DNA of 63,739 nucleotides, counting the filler, from Reticulomyxa filosa (Eukaryota; Protista; Foraminifera): NCBI GenBank assembly GCA_000512085.1. It is 21 parts of 21 records of this genome, joined end to end, with 100 filler letters (N's around TTAATTAATTAA, not from the genome) between each part and the next. Parts side by side here need not be neighbours in the genome. Positions count along the whole stretch, not along the records: positions 38,841 to 43,894 come from ASPP01002710.1; positions 43,995 to 46,377 come from ASPP01004086.1; positions 46,478 to 47,532 come from ASPP01038621.1; positions 47,633 to 50,134 come from ASPP01002012.1; positions 50,235 to 54,498 come from ASPP01006798.1; 16 more parts are not named here. One strand, written 5' to 3'. The position numbers and the translations under genes were made by a program. Each line of letters starts with the position of its first letter. The stretch's first letter is position 1. The notes below the pieces were generated by a model. That model saw only the letters and a program-made list of their open reading frames with translations. It did not search any database and was not told where the DNA came from. Of the stretch, positions 38,741-53,016 are shown one piece after another.

Positions 38741-41700
38741 NNNNNNNNNNNNNNNNNNNNNNNNNNNNNNNNNNNNNNNNNNNNTTAATTAATTAANNNN
38801 NNNNNNNNNNNNNNNNNNNNNNNNNNNNNNNNNNNNNNNNTTATAAACACCACTGGTTGGCATACGAAATGGCTTTCAATTCATTATCATAGTCCAAAGC
38901 AACATATGACAATTTTTTTTTAATGTCTCACAAAATTTCCTCTCGGCGATTATTGTGAAGAAATATCTTCTTCAATTAAGATTTTTCCAAATTGTTCACT
39001 CTTATGCTCGACGACTTGATCGATATACTTGCCAAGCAATCACTTTTGTGTTTTTTGATAATTAAATCAGTAGTCTTTTCTTTCGCCGTGTTGTCTGCTT
39101 CTTCTTCCTTCGGATGTACTATTCTTAGTCTTTGTAACATACAAAAGAAAATATTTTTTTTTTTACAGTTTGAAAAAAATTATCAGAAATGGAAACATAA
39201 ATCATATTTGATATATACGTAATACATAACATGCACAAACTTGAGCTTGGTCTTTACTATTGGCTGATAGAAGCTTGGACCGATGTCGGCTTTGATGTTT
39301 CCGCCAGAAAGCAGGTTTGACGAATTCTTCTATATACTTGAATGAATGACATTACTGTTTGTTCCTGTTGGAGATTATATATTTGTGACATAATTTGATA
39401 ATCTTCTCTTTACAAAGTATGTGAAGTAAAATAACGTTACCAAATACCTGATCACATAGCGAATTGACCCGTAGCCATAACCTCCTTCTGGACTTAGAAT
39501 TTGTCAAAAACTTGAATCAGCAACTGATTTTGACTTTGGTGCATTTTTCTTTCGAGTTTGCTTCATTGCCATTGTTTTCCATTTGCTCAATTACATTCTA
39601 ATGATCAAATAGTATGCTGAAGATACTTTCCAAATGATCATTCATTGACTATGATTAACGATACGATATTTCAAAAAACACATGACTTGATTATCTTTTT
39701 GAAAAAGTCAGGACTGCACGATCTCAATCTCCACTTCAGTTCTACACGCAAGTAGCAGTGAACTCTTTGTTGTTTGCTACAAAACACAAACATTACAAAA
39801 TTAAAAAATAAAAAACTTGAACCGCATCCCCCCATCCGACGCTTTTTTTTAAAAAAAACTGGTTAATTTTTTAAAAATTGGTTCAAAAAAAATCAAAAAT
39901 GACCCACAAACCACAAAAAATGACCCAAATCAAAAAAATTCAAGAACACTTCATGACAATCAATAGCATTCATTTTTCATTTTTTAGGAAAAAAAGTTGA
40001 TGTGGAATTGGCCGGTATATGGTTAGACTGAGAATGTTCATTTTTTTTTACGTTTATAAATTTTGACAAATGATAAAAATAAAAATCACCAACATTAAGC
40101 AACATTAAAAAAACAGCAAAAAGCACATATTTGCAGAAATTACAAAAAACTGCATCAAAAGAAACATTACAAAAAATAAACAAAATCACAACAAATTTTT
40201 TTGTTACGTACATAATTGTTTTTGAATAATTATTGTATGTACGTATTTTTTTTTGGTATGATACGTGTTATGATAATGGAAGAATCAATTACTTATTCGA
40301 AAAGCTTATTACAATTTCACGTTCCAATACTAATGGTCTCGTAGTCCTTTACCAATACGTATACCCAGTCTTGGTCCTTCGCTTTGTTCTTCATACCCTG
40401 CAATAAAAAAAAAAATAAACATTTTTTTTCTTAGTTAGACATTAACAAAAAGACAGTTGTGTGTATAATAAAAATATTTACCACTTTATTTCTAGTTTCC
40501 ACGTTTGTGGCTTTTATCAAGGAAATTTGATAAAATGTGTAATAACGTTCGCTTTGCAGTATTTGGTTAAATTTTCTTTGAGGAACTCGAAATATTTTTG
40601 ATTAACGATATACTGCACATTAGTTTCATTACGTTATCCAATATTATTTTGTTTGGATTTTTGTCGAGTATTCTATCACTAAATCCAATGCAGAACAATC
40701 CAGCCAAAAACTATTGTGATTTGATAAACATTTGCTATGATGATTCGATGGACAATACACAAATTATTTTTTCCAAATCGAATATTCATATAATAGTCAG
40801 TACATACAAACAAAAAAAAATTTTTAAGTTAAAAAAAAGTGTTGTCGGCAAAAAAAAAAAAGCAGTTAATACCAAAAGAAAAATTGCAATCGTGGTCACT
40901 TGTCAAATACTATTTAATCATGATATTACATTCAATACTTTTTGCTTTGTCATGTGCGATTTGCATGTATAGTAAGTAGGATAATGGTCATTAATCGCGT
41001 CGATTGTTCTTTTTCTCTTGGACTGCAGTAAATATTGAATAACAGATGATTGATAAAATAAAATATCCAAATTCGTGTCAACTGATGACTATACTGGCAT
41101 TTCAATTGATAAGTAAATAGGCCATTGCAATCGCATTGATAAGCACGATGACAATGATTGTAATGAATATTAAGGCGTAGTGAATGTGTATGATAGATGG
41201 TAGAGCAGTCAAAGCCATTTTCGTAGTGATATTTGGCAAATAGTAATGCAGTTATATCCAACGGCTGCTCCAATAATTGCACTGGCTCTTTGTTCATCGT
41301 TTCACTCAGATTATTGTTCTTGCAATTTTGGTCTGTGTTGAGAATAGAAATATTGTTGATATTGATATATGCACTCAGTCTTTATTTATGGAATCTTTGC
41401 TTGTCTCAGCTGTTCGCTAATGTTGTATTTGTCACTCTGGCTGCTGCAATAGTGACAGCAATACGACGTGTGACAATCTAGTTTCTTGATTTTCGATTGG
41501 CCTTTGCAATGTCGAACGAGCCAATATTTTTCCAAGGATAAATGCCTTTTCTCAATAAGAGTAACGCGTTGTTAAGGACAAGGTATCCATCGGTAATAAG
41601 TCCAAACCCTTTTTCAATACATACTCCTCCATTTCCCCGTTTTTTTCAAACTGGTCTGCATTTGACTACTTTTTGCTGCTTTGCAAGGCGAAACTAAATT

Positions 41701-44700
41701 TTGCGCGTCATATCAATCAATATCTGACCACTCAGTAAAAAAAATATTCATTCAATCAATTTTCATAAATAAACTTTTTGTGTTCTTTATTTATTCTCTA
41801 TGAAATACAATTCGCTATTGCTCTGTTTTGTAAATACTTTTAGCAGCTATATGTTATCAAAAGATAAAATCTCAAACAGAAAAACCAAATTTAAAAATCA
41901 TATTTGAGGGACGAAATAATTATATTATACTATATTTCTGAAGAATTATTGATAAAAAATATAACTTTTGTTTTCAAAACTATTTGCAAGAACAGTACAG
42001 ATATAGAATTCAACAGCAAAAAACCCAACAGACAGAAATGGACAAAAACTATTCCTTGAAAGCAAGAGATAGCGAGATATTCTCTTTGTCACTACTTTTA
42101 CAAAAAGCGTTCAATTAATCCTTCAAAAATTACTTTCAACCTGTTCAAATGGAGCCTTATCGTTAGCATGACGATGCAAAGACTATATGAGAAGCCATTA
42201 CCTGAGAAAATACTTACAAACATAATAATCACTTTATAATCGTTATTTTAAAATAAGCAATTATCCAAACATTCTTTGTGAATTGGAATATTTTGTGTAT
42301 ATGTGACTATTATAAACAATCCATTTTTTATTATAATAAATATTTTACAATTGATTGTATTTGCTCAATTTTTTGTAGTTGTTGTAGTATGTGCATTTTG
42401 ATTATTGTCTTTTTATTCGTACAGCAGATACTTGGACTTAATTTTTGTAAAGATCAGTATCATGCGTACTTTTTTTTATCAATCAAATATTTTAATTTCT
42501 TCAAATTAAAGCGTTGCAGCGGATTTGCAATTTTCAAAAAAAGACAAAATTCAAGCATTAATGTTGATTTTAGATTATTAATATTAATTCTTAAATTCAT
42601 GAAATAATTTGTTATTTACATTTCCGTTAATTTGTATTAAATTTCAACTTTTGTTTTTTTCGAAAAAGTCATTGTTACAGCAGAGTCAATTTCTATATTT
42701 ATTTATTTTGAATCAAATTGCGAATGTTATTGATTTTGTAATGTGAAAAAAAATTATATTTCATTACAACAAAAGAAATTTGGTGTGCTGTTGATGAGGA
42801 ACTTTTTCTCCACTTTTTCTACAGTTTCGCAATAAGTTTGTCCAGCGTCGGTGGAGCAAAAATTGTCGATTCCAGTGCATATTTCGTTTCGATGAAGGTT
42901 ACCAAACAACTTTTTTTTTTTGGTGTTGTGTTTTCTTAGCTCCAAACTTTTGATATTTCAAAAAACAAAGAAAAAAAAGAAAAAGACGTCGATGATTGTT
43001 CATATTGAATTGAAACTATGGGTTCCGATGCCATTTCGATTGTGGGCTCCAGCGTGGTTTCGGTTATGTGTTCCAGTATTAATTTAATTGTAGATGGTAC
43101 CGTGATGATTGGTGGTGGATTCCTGTATTGATTTGGATGGAGCCAAGTCAGCTATCAGCGCATTGCAGCGCTTACCACATTTGCGATGTATAATCGCAAC
43201 AGGTGCGTGCGACACAGGCGCATCGGTGTTTGCAGCAAACCAAAGATACTCCAAAGGTTTGCATTAAATGCATCACCGAAACAATTATACTTGCAGGACT
43301 GATGTTGCGATGTCCATTTGTGGATGGACATAAAGTCAGATCTCCACCTTGGTATTACCGGCAGTGTACCGTGCTAACAGAGGGACGTAGAGGCCATACG
43401 ATGATTACAAAGGCGCATACTGGGCTGACGACTGCCGTTGTACGATATTGACCCGTATTGGAAGTTAGTTCTATTTAATTAATGCCAATATTTATACTAT
43501 TTTGATTGTCTTTTGTAATAGATTGGCATGACATTATTATTGGAGATTATGGTCGATTATTGTAATTTCAATTATTCATGCTGGGTTTTTGTGTGTGTGG
43601 TACTTGTTGCTTCCTTTTTGCATTTGCTTTCACCTCTTTGCTCATTGTTGCCACCTTTGCATCTTTTACCTACCGTTGCTCGTTTTTCACCACTTGCAAT
43701 TTTTTTTTTCACAGTTTATTTGTTTTCTTTCTTCGCTGTTTTTTGGTATAATTTTTTTCTAATGACTATGTAGGGGAGGACCACCATTTCTATTTGCTTG
43801 CTAGGAGTAGTTATTTGACACCAAAAAGATAAAAAATAACAGTAATTTTTTATTGATCATATGTTATTTTGATAGACTATGCAATGACGTGTGANNNNNN
43901 NNNNNNNNNNNNNNNNNNNNNNNNNNNNNNNNNNNNNNTTAATTAATTAANNNNNNNNNNNNNNNNNNNNNNNNNNNNNNNNNNNNNNNNNNNNGATCTA
44001 ATTTGTTGTTGACTTTTGTTCAACTCTAAAAAAAAAAAATTTCATATTTTATCATGGAAGAAGGTTTCACAACCAAAGATGGATCAATACCGCAAATGTG
44101 TTGTGTGGGTAGCTACGCCCTAAGAATACTGTTGCTTGTACGTGTCCCTTCCTGCTCTAAAAGTGCCTCAATATTTTTATTTTTATTTTTTACTTTTTTT
44201 TTAAAGAATGTTGTTTATGATGAAGAAAATGTCAAAAAATGTTTTGTCTAGCTAAATGAAATTTTTACAATGAAATATAAAGCTTTTTCGCAATCATTCT
44301 GGATTTGATAATAAAATTTAAAAAAGAAATTAAGTAAATTACAGAAAAGATACTATCATGTAAAAGGTTTCTTTACGAAAGTAAAAATTTTCAAATATCA
44401 AAATTACAAATTTCAAGATTATCGTCAAAAAAAAGATAAAAATGTTACAAACTAAAATCAATATTCAGCATAATGCTCCAGGCTTTGGTATTCAAGTGCT
44501 CAATGAAAAATCGGATGTCAGCAATCTTTGGATTGAGTCAGAGACAATTTAAAAAAAAAACAGTCAAACACACATAGCATGAATGACTACCAATTCTGAG
44601 TAATATTCCCCGCAACTAGGCAAGATGAAAAATGTTGATTATACTTTCGCTTTCAACAATAAAATATTAAATTTCCTCTTCTCTGCATTTTATTTAACGC

Positions 44701-44842
44701 GGTAGGAATAAAAATCCAAAAAAATGAGAACTTGAACTGAGGAGTTAAAATATTACAAAAATAAAAAATCATAATAAAAAAAACAATTATTAGTGGTTTC
44801 AATCTCAAAAAGTAACTTTAAAAGGTGTCAAAACTAAGTTAA

Positions 44843-46340
44843 TTATTCGATACACCACACCTCCACATTTCGGATAAGAAAGTCCCCGTTGACATCTTGC
44901 ACGAGACGTGGAGATTTGAGGGACACACAGCTGGATGTTGTTCCATGGTTTAAATTGTTATCGATAAAAATGGCATTTGTTTCACTAATTTTTGGCACAT
45001 ATATGGCCACACAAAAAAAAAAGCAAATAAAACGTTACAAACATATATATAAATGTTATTAAAAAAAAAAAAAAACTTGACTTGTCACCAATAGCCATAT
45101 AATCTTGATGAACGTTGATATAGGTATGCGGATTTGCAAGACGAGAGGAGCTATGCGTGTCATTACTGTTCCTTTTTTAAATCGGAAATAACTTTTTCTT
45201 CAGATTGAAAATTGTCAAAGGAGTATTGCCTGGGCGATTTCAGTTGTTCAGTTTCCGAGTTGCGATTAACAAAGCTGCGATGACGAAGAGAAGAGTTGGT
45301 GGTGAGCGGATTGAATGAAGGTGTCTCTGGCAGTGTACGATGAGAAGTGATCGAATTGCCAATGGAGCGCGATCGCTGTTGCAAGGATTGTGTAGGCGAG
45401 ATAATTCGCCAAGAGAATTTTTTCCATTTACTTTTTGTTTCATCAACATCAAACAAAGCAAATTCTTCGTCAGTAAACTCTTCATAATTTTTTTTTTTTA
45501 GATGAGCAGCAGAGTCGGTTTTGGACAATGCTAAAGCGGTTGATGCCCTTTGCAGCAATGAGGAACCACTTGACTTTTTTTTTTTTCGCTAACAATTCTT
45601 GCTCGTCCATTTGTTGTGACGGTGCTATCGCATTGTCATTTTCTTCGCTCACGGGCGGCATTTGCAAACGCGAAAAGTCTTCCTCAGGCAAAGTTTTGGA
45701 ACGACCCAATGCCAATGACGTGATGACGTGTTCTTGCAATGCCGCACTTCTTTTGTTCATCAATGAGGACGACGGCACTCGCGAGTGGTCTTTTTTCGAA
45801 AACGTAAGGTGCGGTCCCCCCGTCGAAGCCGTACTTGCGTTGGGAGAAGAGCAAGTAGTAGTAGTCGAGGATGTGGTAGAGGACGAGGAAGAAAGAGGTG
45901 GAGGGACCAATTGAACCGACGTTGGGATGGACAATTGAGAAGTAAAGGGGATAGGAGGACTTTTTTCTTTCAGTTGTTCTTGTCCGACATTTTTTTTGAA
46001 AGTATACGTGACATTGGCACTAGACCCATCCTCTTCCCCTCCTTCAGTAGTTAGAATTATACTGTCACTGGCAGTCTTTAACAACCTTGGCTGTGACTTC
46101 ATTTGCTGCAAACTCAGACTCCTCTCGGGCTGGTTGTGCAAATAGGAAAACTGGATTTGCGGAGGCTCGAACACTCGTCGGCTAATTTCTTTATTTGGAT
46201 ACGACAGCATAAACACGACAATTTGTGTGTCCACAAACCGTTCCTCTTGAGGGGCTTCATACAACGATGACACGTGGAAACCAAAGCTTTCACTTGTTGT
46301 TGTTTCAATCAATATCAATAGGTTCTGTCGTCCTGCGCAC
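44843..46340 (-). CDS. TLDc-domain protein, 3' part, domain interrupted by a long low-complexity insert; last intron 44985-45081
   Basis: N-half CAGRQNLLILIETTTSESFGFHVS...IVVFMLSYP; C-half YMAIGD|NETNAIFIDNNLNHGTTSSCVSLKSPRL...DFLIRNVEVW. Needs two frame corrections in A runs (~45580, ~45175). Confidence 0.78.
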
Positions 46341-46377
<37 letters not shown>

Positions 46378-47632
46378 NNNNNNNNNNNNNNNNNNNNNNN
46401 NNNNNNNNNNNNNNNNNNNNNTTAATTAATTAANNNNNNNNNNNNNNNNNNNNNNNNNNNNNNNNNNNNNNNNNNNNGTGTCCTTTTTCGTGCAAGTGAA
46501 GATCACAGTGCATTTGAATTACACACACACACACAACCGATTTCAGCGCTGTGCTTGTATTGCCTATTGGATGAATATTTCACGTATGGAATTTTTAAGG
46601 CATGTCTTATGCCGGAGTCATGGGAAAAATTATAATGATGTCGTTCACCACGAGGTGTACATTGCAGAATACTAGGCAAGCCACTTTCTTGATAAAACGC
46701 TATGCGCATCAAGGTAAACCCTTTCGGGATTGGAGCGATGCTAGAAAGTTGAAATTAATGTGAACCTTGCATTTGGAGATCCTAAATTTCATGAATATTT
46801 AAAAAAAATAAAAATATGTACAACTTATGCCACCACAAATACCTGAGCTATAATATACAAAAATAATGTCAATGACCTAAATCTTCTAATGTTTTTTTTC
46901 ATTGCTTTATCGACCTTTTCAATTGCCATTGCGGTGAGGCCTTTGAAAAAATTAAAAAAAATCAAACATGGAGGAAAACACGTGCTCTCCTACATTAATT
47001 GTGATATAAAAATGCTTGTAATGCAAGTCCTTTTCTTTTTCTTTCTTGCCATTGTCTTTATCATCTCATGTTATACGTATTCTTCTTTTCGTCCCTACAT
47101 GACGGCAAAAAGATAATACTAGAAGTCTTTTGCCAATAGTGACCAGAATCAATTCCTATTTCGCTCAGTCCAATGCGCTTTCTTTTAGATTTAAAATATT
47201 AAAGCTCAGAAGTTTTTTACGATGAGTATGCTTTGATTATGAAGAAATCAAGTGAGATGGACATTATAATTATCACTAAAGAAAAATTTTAAAAAAGTAC
47301 AATCCACACAAAAAATAAATTTTTCAATCAAAAAATGTGAGACAAGCGTTAAATACTTGCAATCAAATATCACACAAATTTGGCGTTGTTTGTACTTCGC
47401 TTCACCCTTGCTTGGCACTGCAACCAACAGTCACTTTCCAAGTTCTTGATAGACAGGTATTATATTCTTTGTAGACCTATGTTATATACGTACGTATGTA
47501 TTGTCATACATATTTCAATCACATTACAAAAANNNNNNNNNNNNNNNNNNNNNNNNNNNNNNNNNNNNNNNNNNNNTTAATTAATTAANNNNNNNNNNNN
47601 NNNNNNNNNNNNNNNNNNNNNNNNNNNNNNNN

Positions 47633-48419
47633 TCATTGTCATTATGCTTTGCAATGGTGAAATATCAACAGAAAAAACAGTATCTTTATGTCCATTGAAA
47701 ACATGTAATGATTTGGATGTCTTAACATCCCATAAACGAATAGTGTTGTCAAGTGATCCAGAACACAAATATCTACCACAATGAAATGATGAAAATTTAA
47801 TACCATAAACACTGCTAGAGTGTCCATTGAGTATTTGTAATTTTCTGTTATGTTTAATATCCAAAAAACGAATGATTTTATCACATGATGAAGAACAAAT
47901 GACATTTTGATGATGATTGTGATAATGATATTGTGAAAATTTCACACAAGTTACAGCGCTTAAATGGTAGCTCGATAATTGAATTTGTTTGTTGTTTTCA
48001 ACATTCCATACACAAACTGTTCTATCATATGATCCAGAACAAATAAATTGATCCCCATCAAATGTTGAACAATCAATACTATACACCCAATTGGTATGTC
48101 CATTGAATGTATTAAGTAATTTGAATGATGAACAAAAGTTATCAAGCATGAACACATTAGATGCCTATGTTGATAAATATTTAAATATTTCGATTGGCAC
48201 TAAATGAAAGAAAAACAAAAATCATAACATAATTGGCAACGAATTTGTCAAAGCCATTGATCCATCCAAATTTAATATTTAATATTCGAATCCAATGATG
48301 GATAATTATTTGAGTTTCTTCTTCTTTTGACTGTTTTAATCATAAAGCAAAAAAAAGATAAATAGATAAATACCTAAAGATAAACTTGAACACACTTTCA
48401 TTGATAAGTTTAAGCTCAT
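47633..48419 (-). CDS. WD40-repeat protein with HWxR module (exon 48229-48330), 3' end off contig
   Basis: SKEEETQIIIHHWIRILNIKFGWINGFDKFVANY then FMLDNFCSSFKLLNTFNGH..., collinear with 15932-17340. Confidence 0.88.
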
Positions 48420-48941
48420 TCCTTAATTTTTCTCTTGAGATGATGCAAGATGAAAAAAATGGGTCAATTTTTTTTCTGTCAAAATCAGCGAAGGTTCTTC
48501 TAAATTAGAAGAAAAAATTGTTCAAAATTGAGTACGCATCTTATAAGCAGGATGATTTTAATAAAAATTTTAAAAATAAAAAATGGAAACAAAACATAAT
48601 ATCAATAAATAATTGTAAAAGGAAAAATGGTATTGGTCAAAAATTCACAAAAACTAAAATTATACTTCATAATTTCATTATATAAATTATTCAACTATTT
48701 CAAATTAATTGATAAAAACACATTAATTCATGTAATCACATAATCTTTGATTATTTACATTAAAAAGTAAATCGTTTTCCATTTTACATCATCAAAACGA
48801 TTTAAACAAAAAAAATGACAACTCTAGTACTGAAAAACAAATTCAACACAACTAGGTTGGTAAGCCTATTACAAATTTTCAAAAAGTTTGTTATATTTTT
48901 TCTTGTTTTTTGTTGTATGAAATTTGTGATTAAAATAGTCT

Positions 48942-49042
48942 AAAAGAAGATTCAAGTAATTATACAACATTGGATTCGAATATTAAATAAGTATGGATTT
49001 CTGGATCTGGTGACGAAATATTCGTCTGTGTGATATTGAAAC
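48942..49042 (+). pseudogene. Relic of an HWxR-WD40 gene
   Basis: KIQVIIQHWIRILNK followed within ~15 bp by SGSGDE / IRLCDIET-like remnants. Confidence 0.65.
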
Positions 49043-49403
49043 ACGTTTTCAGTGAACATAAACTGTTTTTGTGTTGATATTTCACTCCTTTTTTTTTGTT
49101 GGTTTTTTTTGAACCGTATATTTTTTGTTCGAAGTACGTTTACAAAACAAATTTTTGCTATGATTCACAATCCCCTTAGAGAGCAAAGGATATCGAAATA
49201 TTCATTGATTTGTGAGAGTTGGAATACATAAGGATGAAAAGTGATGTTGTATTATATCAAAGCGAGGCAATGATTGCCGTCCCTCCAATATAAAATCAAC
49301 AAAAATAGTGAAAGATCAAGTGTTACGAATCGCAACGAAAATGTGTGTTAGTTACAAAGTCAATTTTTATTCCAAAAAAAAAAAATAATAATAATAATAA
49401 TTT

Positions 49404-50095
49404 TTAAGCCAGCGATGATTTACGACCCTTTAAAGTTCTTCTAGCGGCAGCTACAATAGAGGCAGTGCTGGGCAATACCATTTCTTCCAAATTCGGACAA
49501 TAAGGCATTGGCACATCAATTCCACAAACCCTTTCAACAGGGGCATCCAAATAATCAAAGGCTTCACCTATATTGAATTTTCAAAAAAAAAAAATAATAA
49601 AAAAAAAGAATTGAAAGAAGAGAGATATTGCTTCACAAATTTGCAAAGTGCAATCAACAAAACTTTCCATGATAGTAGCACACACTTCAGCGGCGATACC
49701 GCATTGTGGCCATCCTTCTTCAACATAAAGCAAGCGATGTGTTTTCTTGACGGAATTGACAATGGCACTTCGATCCATGGGCCTTAGGCAGCGATTATTG
49801 ATGACTTCGACACTAACTCCGTCCTCTTTTTCCAGAATGGCGGCTGCTTCTAACGCAAATGCGCACATCCGTGCATGTGTGACAATGGTCAAATCCGAGC
49901 CGCTTTTCAGCAGTCTCGCCTTGCCAATTTGTGCCAATGTGATTGTGCTTTCGTCGAACCACGACTCAGGCACCTTCACTTTGCTCCCATACATCATTTC
50001 ATTTTCCAACACTACACAAGGGTCGGGATCTCGAATAGACGCCTTCAATACTTCTCGGGCATCGATTGTATCATAAATCGCAAATACCTTTAGTC
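49404..50095 (-). CDS. PDHB: Pyruvate dehydrogenase E1 beta subunit, 3' part; intron ~49568-49663
   Basis: LKASIRDPDPCVVLENEMMYG, SVKKTHRLLYVEEGWPQCGIAAEV, EAFDYLDAPVERVCGIDVPMPY. Confidence 0.95.
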
Positions 50096-50103
50096 CTTAA
50101 TTT

Positions 50104-50134
<31 letters not shown>

Positions 50135-50234
50135 NNNNNNNNNNNNNNNNNNNNNNNNNNNNNNNNNNNNNNNNNNNNTTAATTAATTAANNNNNNNNNN
50201 NNNNNNNNNNNNNNNNNNNNNNNNNNNNNNNNNN

Positions 50235-52556
50235 CCTTGGAAATGTTCAAAGTTTTTTCAAATTTTTATTTTTTTGTATTTATTTTTTTTTTTAAAAAAA
50301 GGGGGTTCCCAAATTTTATTGAATCTCGATTGCAACATAATCAATCAGTTTGCAATGCTTGTGTGACGGCGAGAGATGATAGTCGAACAAGTACAAAGAA
50401 GAGCTGATAAGTGAAAAAATCGCGGATGGCGACAAGTGCACAGCGTACCGAAGTGGTTGGCTGGTCGACCTGTGCACGGGGCCGCACATTCCAAACACAG
50501 AGATGATAAAGGCATTGAAGGTGTTGAAAAACGGATCGACGCGTTGGAACGAGCAGAGCATGGTGCAGTTGCAACGCATCTACGGGATCTCCTTCCCGGA
50601 CTTGTCACTGATGAAAGACTACGAGACACGCCGGAAACTCGCCCAAGAGCGCGACCATCGCCACATTGGGCAAGAGCAACACCTCTTCTTCTTCCACGAC
50701 TGGTCTCCAGGATGCTGCTTTTGGCTTCCTCACGGCACCCGCATTTTCCACAAATTGCAACAGTTCATTACTGATTCTTATCGAGATCGTGGATTTACTG
50801 AAGTTAATATTTTATGTTATTAAAAAAAAAAAATATATATATGTATGTATACGTATTTTGTATATGTACATACATTATGTATAAGTTCATTTGTCGCTGA
50901 ATGGTAGTTTGCAAAACAATGCTCGGGGGGGGGGGATGCATAGGTAATGACTCCGAACATGTTCAACTTCAAGCTGTGGGAAACAAGTGGACACGCCCAA
51001 AACTATGCCGAAAATATGTTCCTCTTTGATATTGAAAAACAAACGTTTGGATTGAAGCCAATGAATTGTCCCGGACATTGTCTTATCTTCAAAAACCAAT
51101 TGAAGTCTTATCGAGATTTACCTGTTCGATACGCTGGTATATCATATACACATAAATATAAATATATATACATATATACATATATATATATATATGTATA
51201 TATGTATATATGTATATATGTATATATATTTATATTTATGTATTTATTTATATATACGTATTGGGAAAAACAAAACAAAACCTTTATCTATCATTAATAT
51301 ATACATATACATGTATGTCAACTACGATGTGAAAAGACTTTGGAGTGCTGCATCGCAATGAATTAAGTGGAAGCTTGACAGGATTAACTCGCTTACGCAA
51401 GTTTCAACAAGACGACGCGCACATATTCTGCCGACGCGACCAAATCGAAACCGAGGTGCATGAATGCCTGCGCTTTTTGGACCACGTGTACTCAAAGTTT
51501 GGGTTTTCGTTTGAACTGTCGCTGTCGACAAGGCCGACGGAGAAGTTTCTTGGCGATGTCCACATTTGGGACGAGGCGGAACAGATGCTCACGAAGGCAC
51601 TGAATGACTTTGTTCAAACGCATCCATCCATTCGATCTTGGAAAATCAGCCCCGGGGAAGGAGCTTTTTACGGACCCAAAGTTGATGTTAATGTCTTGGA
51701 TTCTCTGTCGCGGCAACATCAATGCGCAACCATTCAACTCGATTTTCAATTACCCATTCGTTTTGATTTACAAGTATGTTTATATGTGTACATACATATA
51801 CATATACATATATACATATACATATATACATATACATATATATATATGCATATGTATATGTATATCTTAAGAAATGTGGAGAAACAACCCCATTCGTTAC
51901 ATGTCATTGTTTTTTTTTTCTCCCGACTTTTGATAGTTCAAAACAGAAAGCGGTGAATCAGACAGACCTGTCATGATCCATCGTGCCATTTATGGCTCAT
52001 TCGAACGCTTTATCGCCATTTTGTGTGAACACTTTGGCGGCAAGTGGCCGTTTTGGCTGTCTCCTCGTCAAATCTGCGTCGTTCCTGTGAGCTGTTGAGT
52101 GAGAGAGAAAGAGAAGATATGGTGATAGGGATACACTTGGTAGGAAAACAAACAAAATACTATGTAACATAAAAATAAACAGCGGAATTCAATGACTACG
52201 CACATAAGGTGAAGGAGACAATACACAAAGCTGGCTATTGGATCGACGTCGACGACTCAAAAAATCGCCTCTCCAAAAAAATTCGTAATGCTCAAACGGA
52301 CCAATACAACTTTATCTTGGTTGTTGGACGAAATGGTATCTTTTTTTTTTCCACCCCTCCGCCCCCCCCCCCCTCCCTCCTTTGTACAACCTTTGTCGTG
52401 TTTGGCATGTCCCATGTTTGCTTTGTCTTGTTTTGTACTTTAGAACAAGAAGCCAATACGGTCAATGTACGAAGAAGAGATAACACTGAACATGGGACAA
52501 AAAGTGTTGATGAACTGTTGCAATGGTTTAAAGAATTGACTGATAACTTTCAATAA
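50235..52556 (+). CDS. TARS: Threonyl-tRNA synthetase (eukaryotic type), multi-exon, 5' end off contig
   Basis: [108 protein letters not shown]. Confidence 0.97.
51141..51315. repeat. Intronic (TA/TG/CA)n microsatellite; similar tracts at ~12281-12323, 33916-33987, 51775-51865, 53589-53630, 60709-60782
   Basis: Imperfect alternating purine-pyrimidine repeats filling short introns. Confidence 0.9.
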
Positions 52557-53016
52557 AAAGTACTTGATGTTGCATATGTCACTTTCTTTTTTTTTTTTTG
52601 CTGTTTGTTGTTATTCACGGCTTAATCTCATCAAAAACAAAAGAAAGTGCATTTTCGTCAAATCAGGATGGTACTTTTTATGGATTGACTATGGAAAAAC
52701 TCAACAAAAGCATTCACGCACTGCCTCTATCAAGTAGAACGACTCTAAAAATAAGATCAAAGTTGTTCCATGAAGGCCAGAAAAACAAAACGAATGTTTT
52801 ATATTTTCTTGAGTGAATAAAATATCTCATAGAAAAAATATCGTATAAAAAAAATGGTAAACATTTCAGAACGTTATTTTGCAAAAATTGTTAGCCTACT
52901 TATTGTCGCGCCTTGGAATGAATTAACTCTGATCTATGCATACGAAATCTCAACGTTCTCGTGGCCCGAATAAAAAAAAGTTCACCACATTATAAAAGAA
53001 ACAAAAAGAGTCGATA

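Noticed and set aside
38880-41700. Decayed coding-like segments, including faint ABCG-transporter-like words at 40300-41600
   Set aside because: Multiple stops and no Walker A or signature motif; cannot be supported without TBLASTN.
43010-43460. GC-richer island, considered as a retroelement Gag zinc knuckle
   Set aside because: No CCHC spacing recovered in the frames I read.
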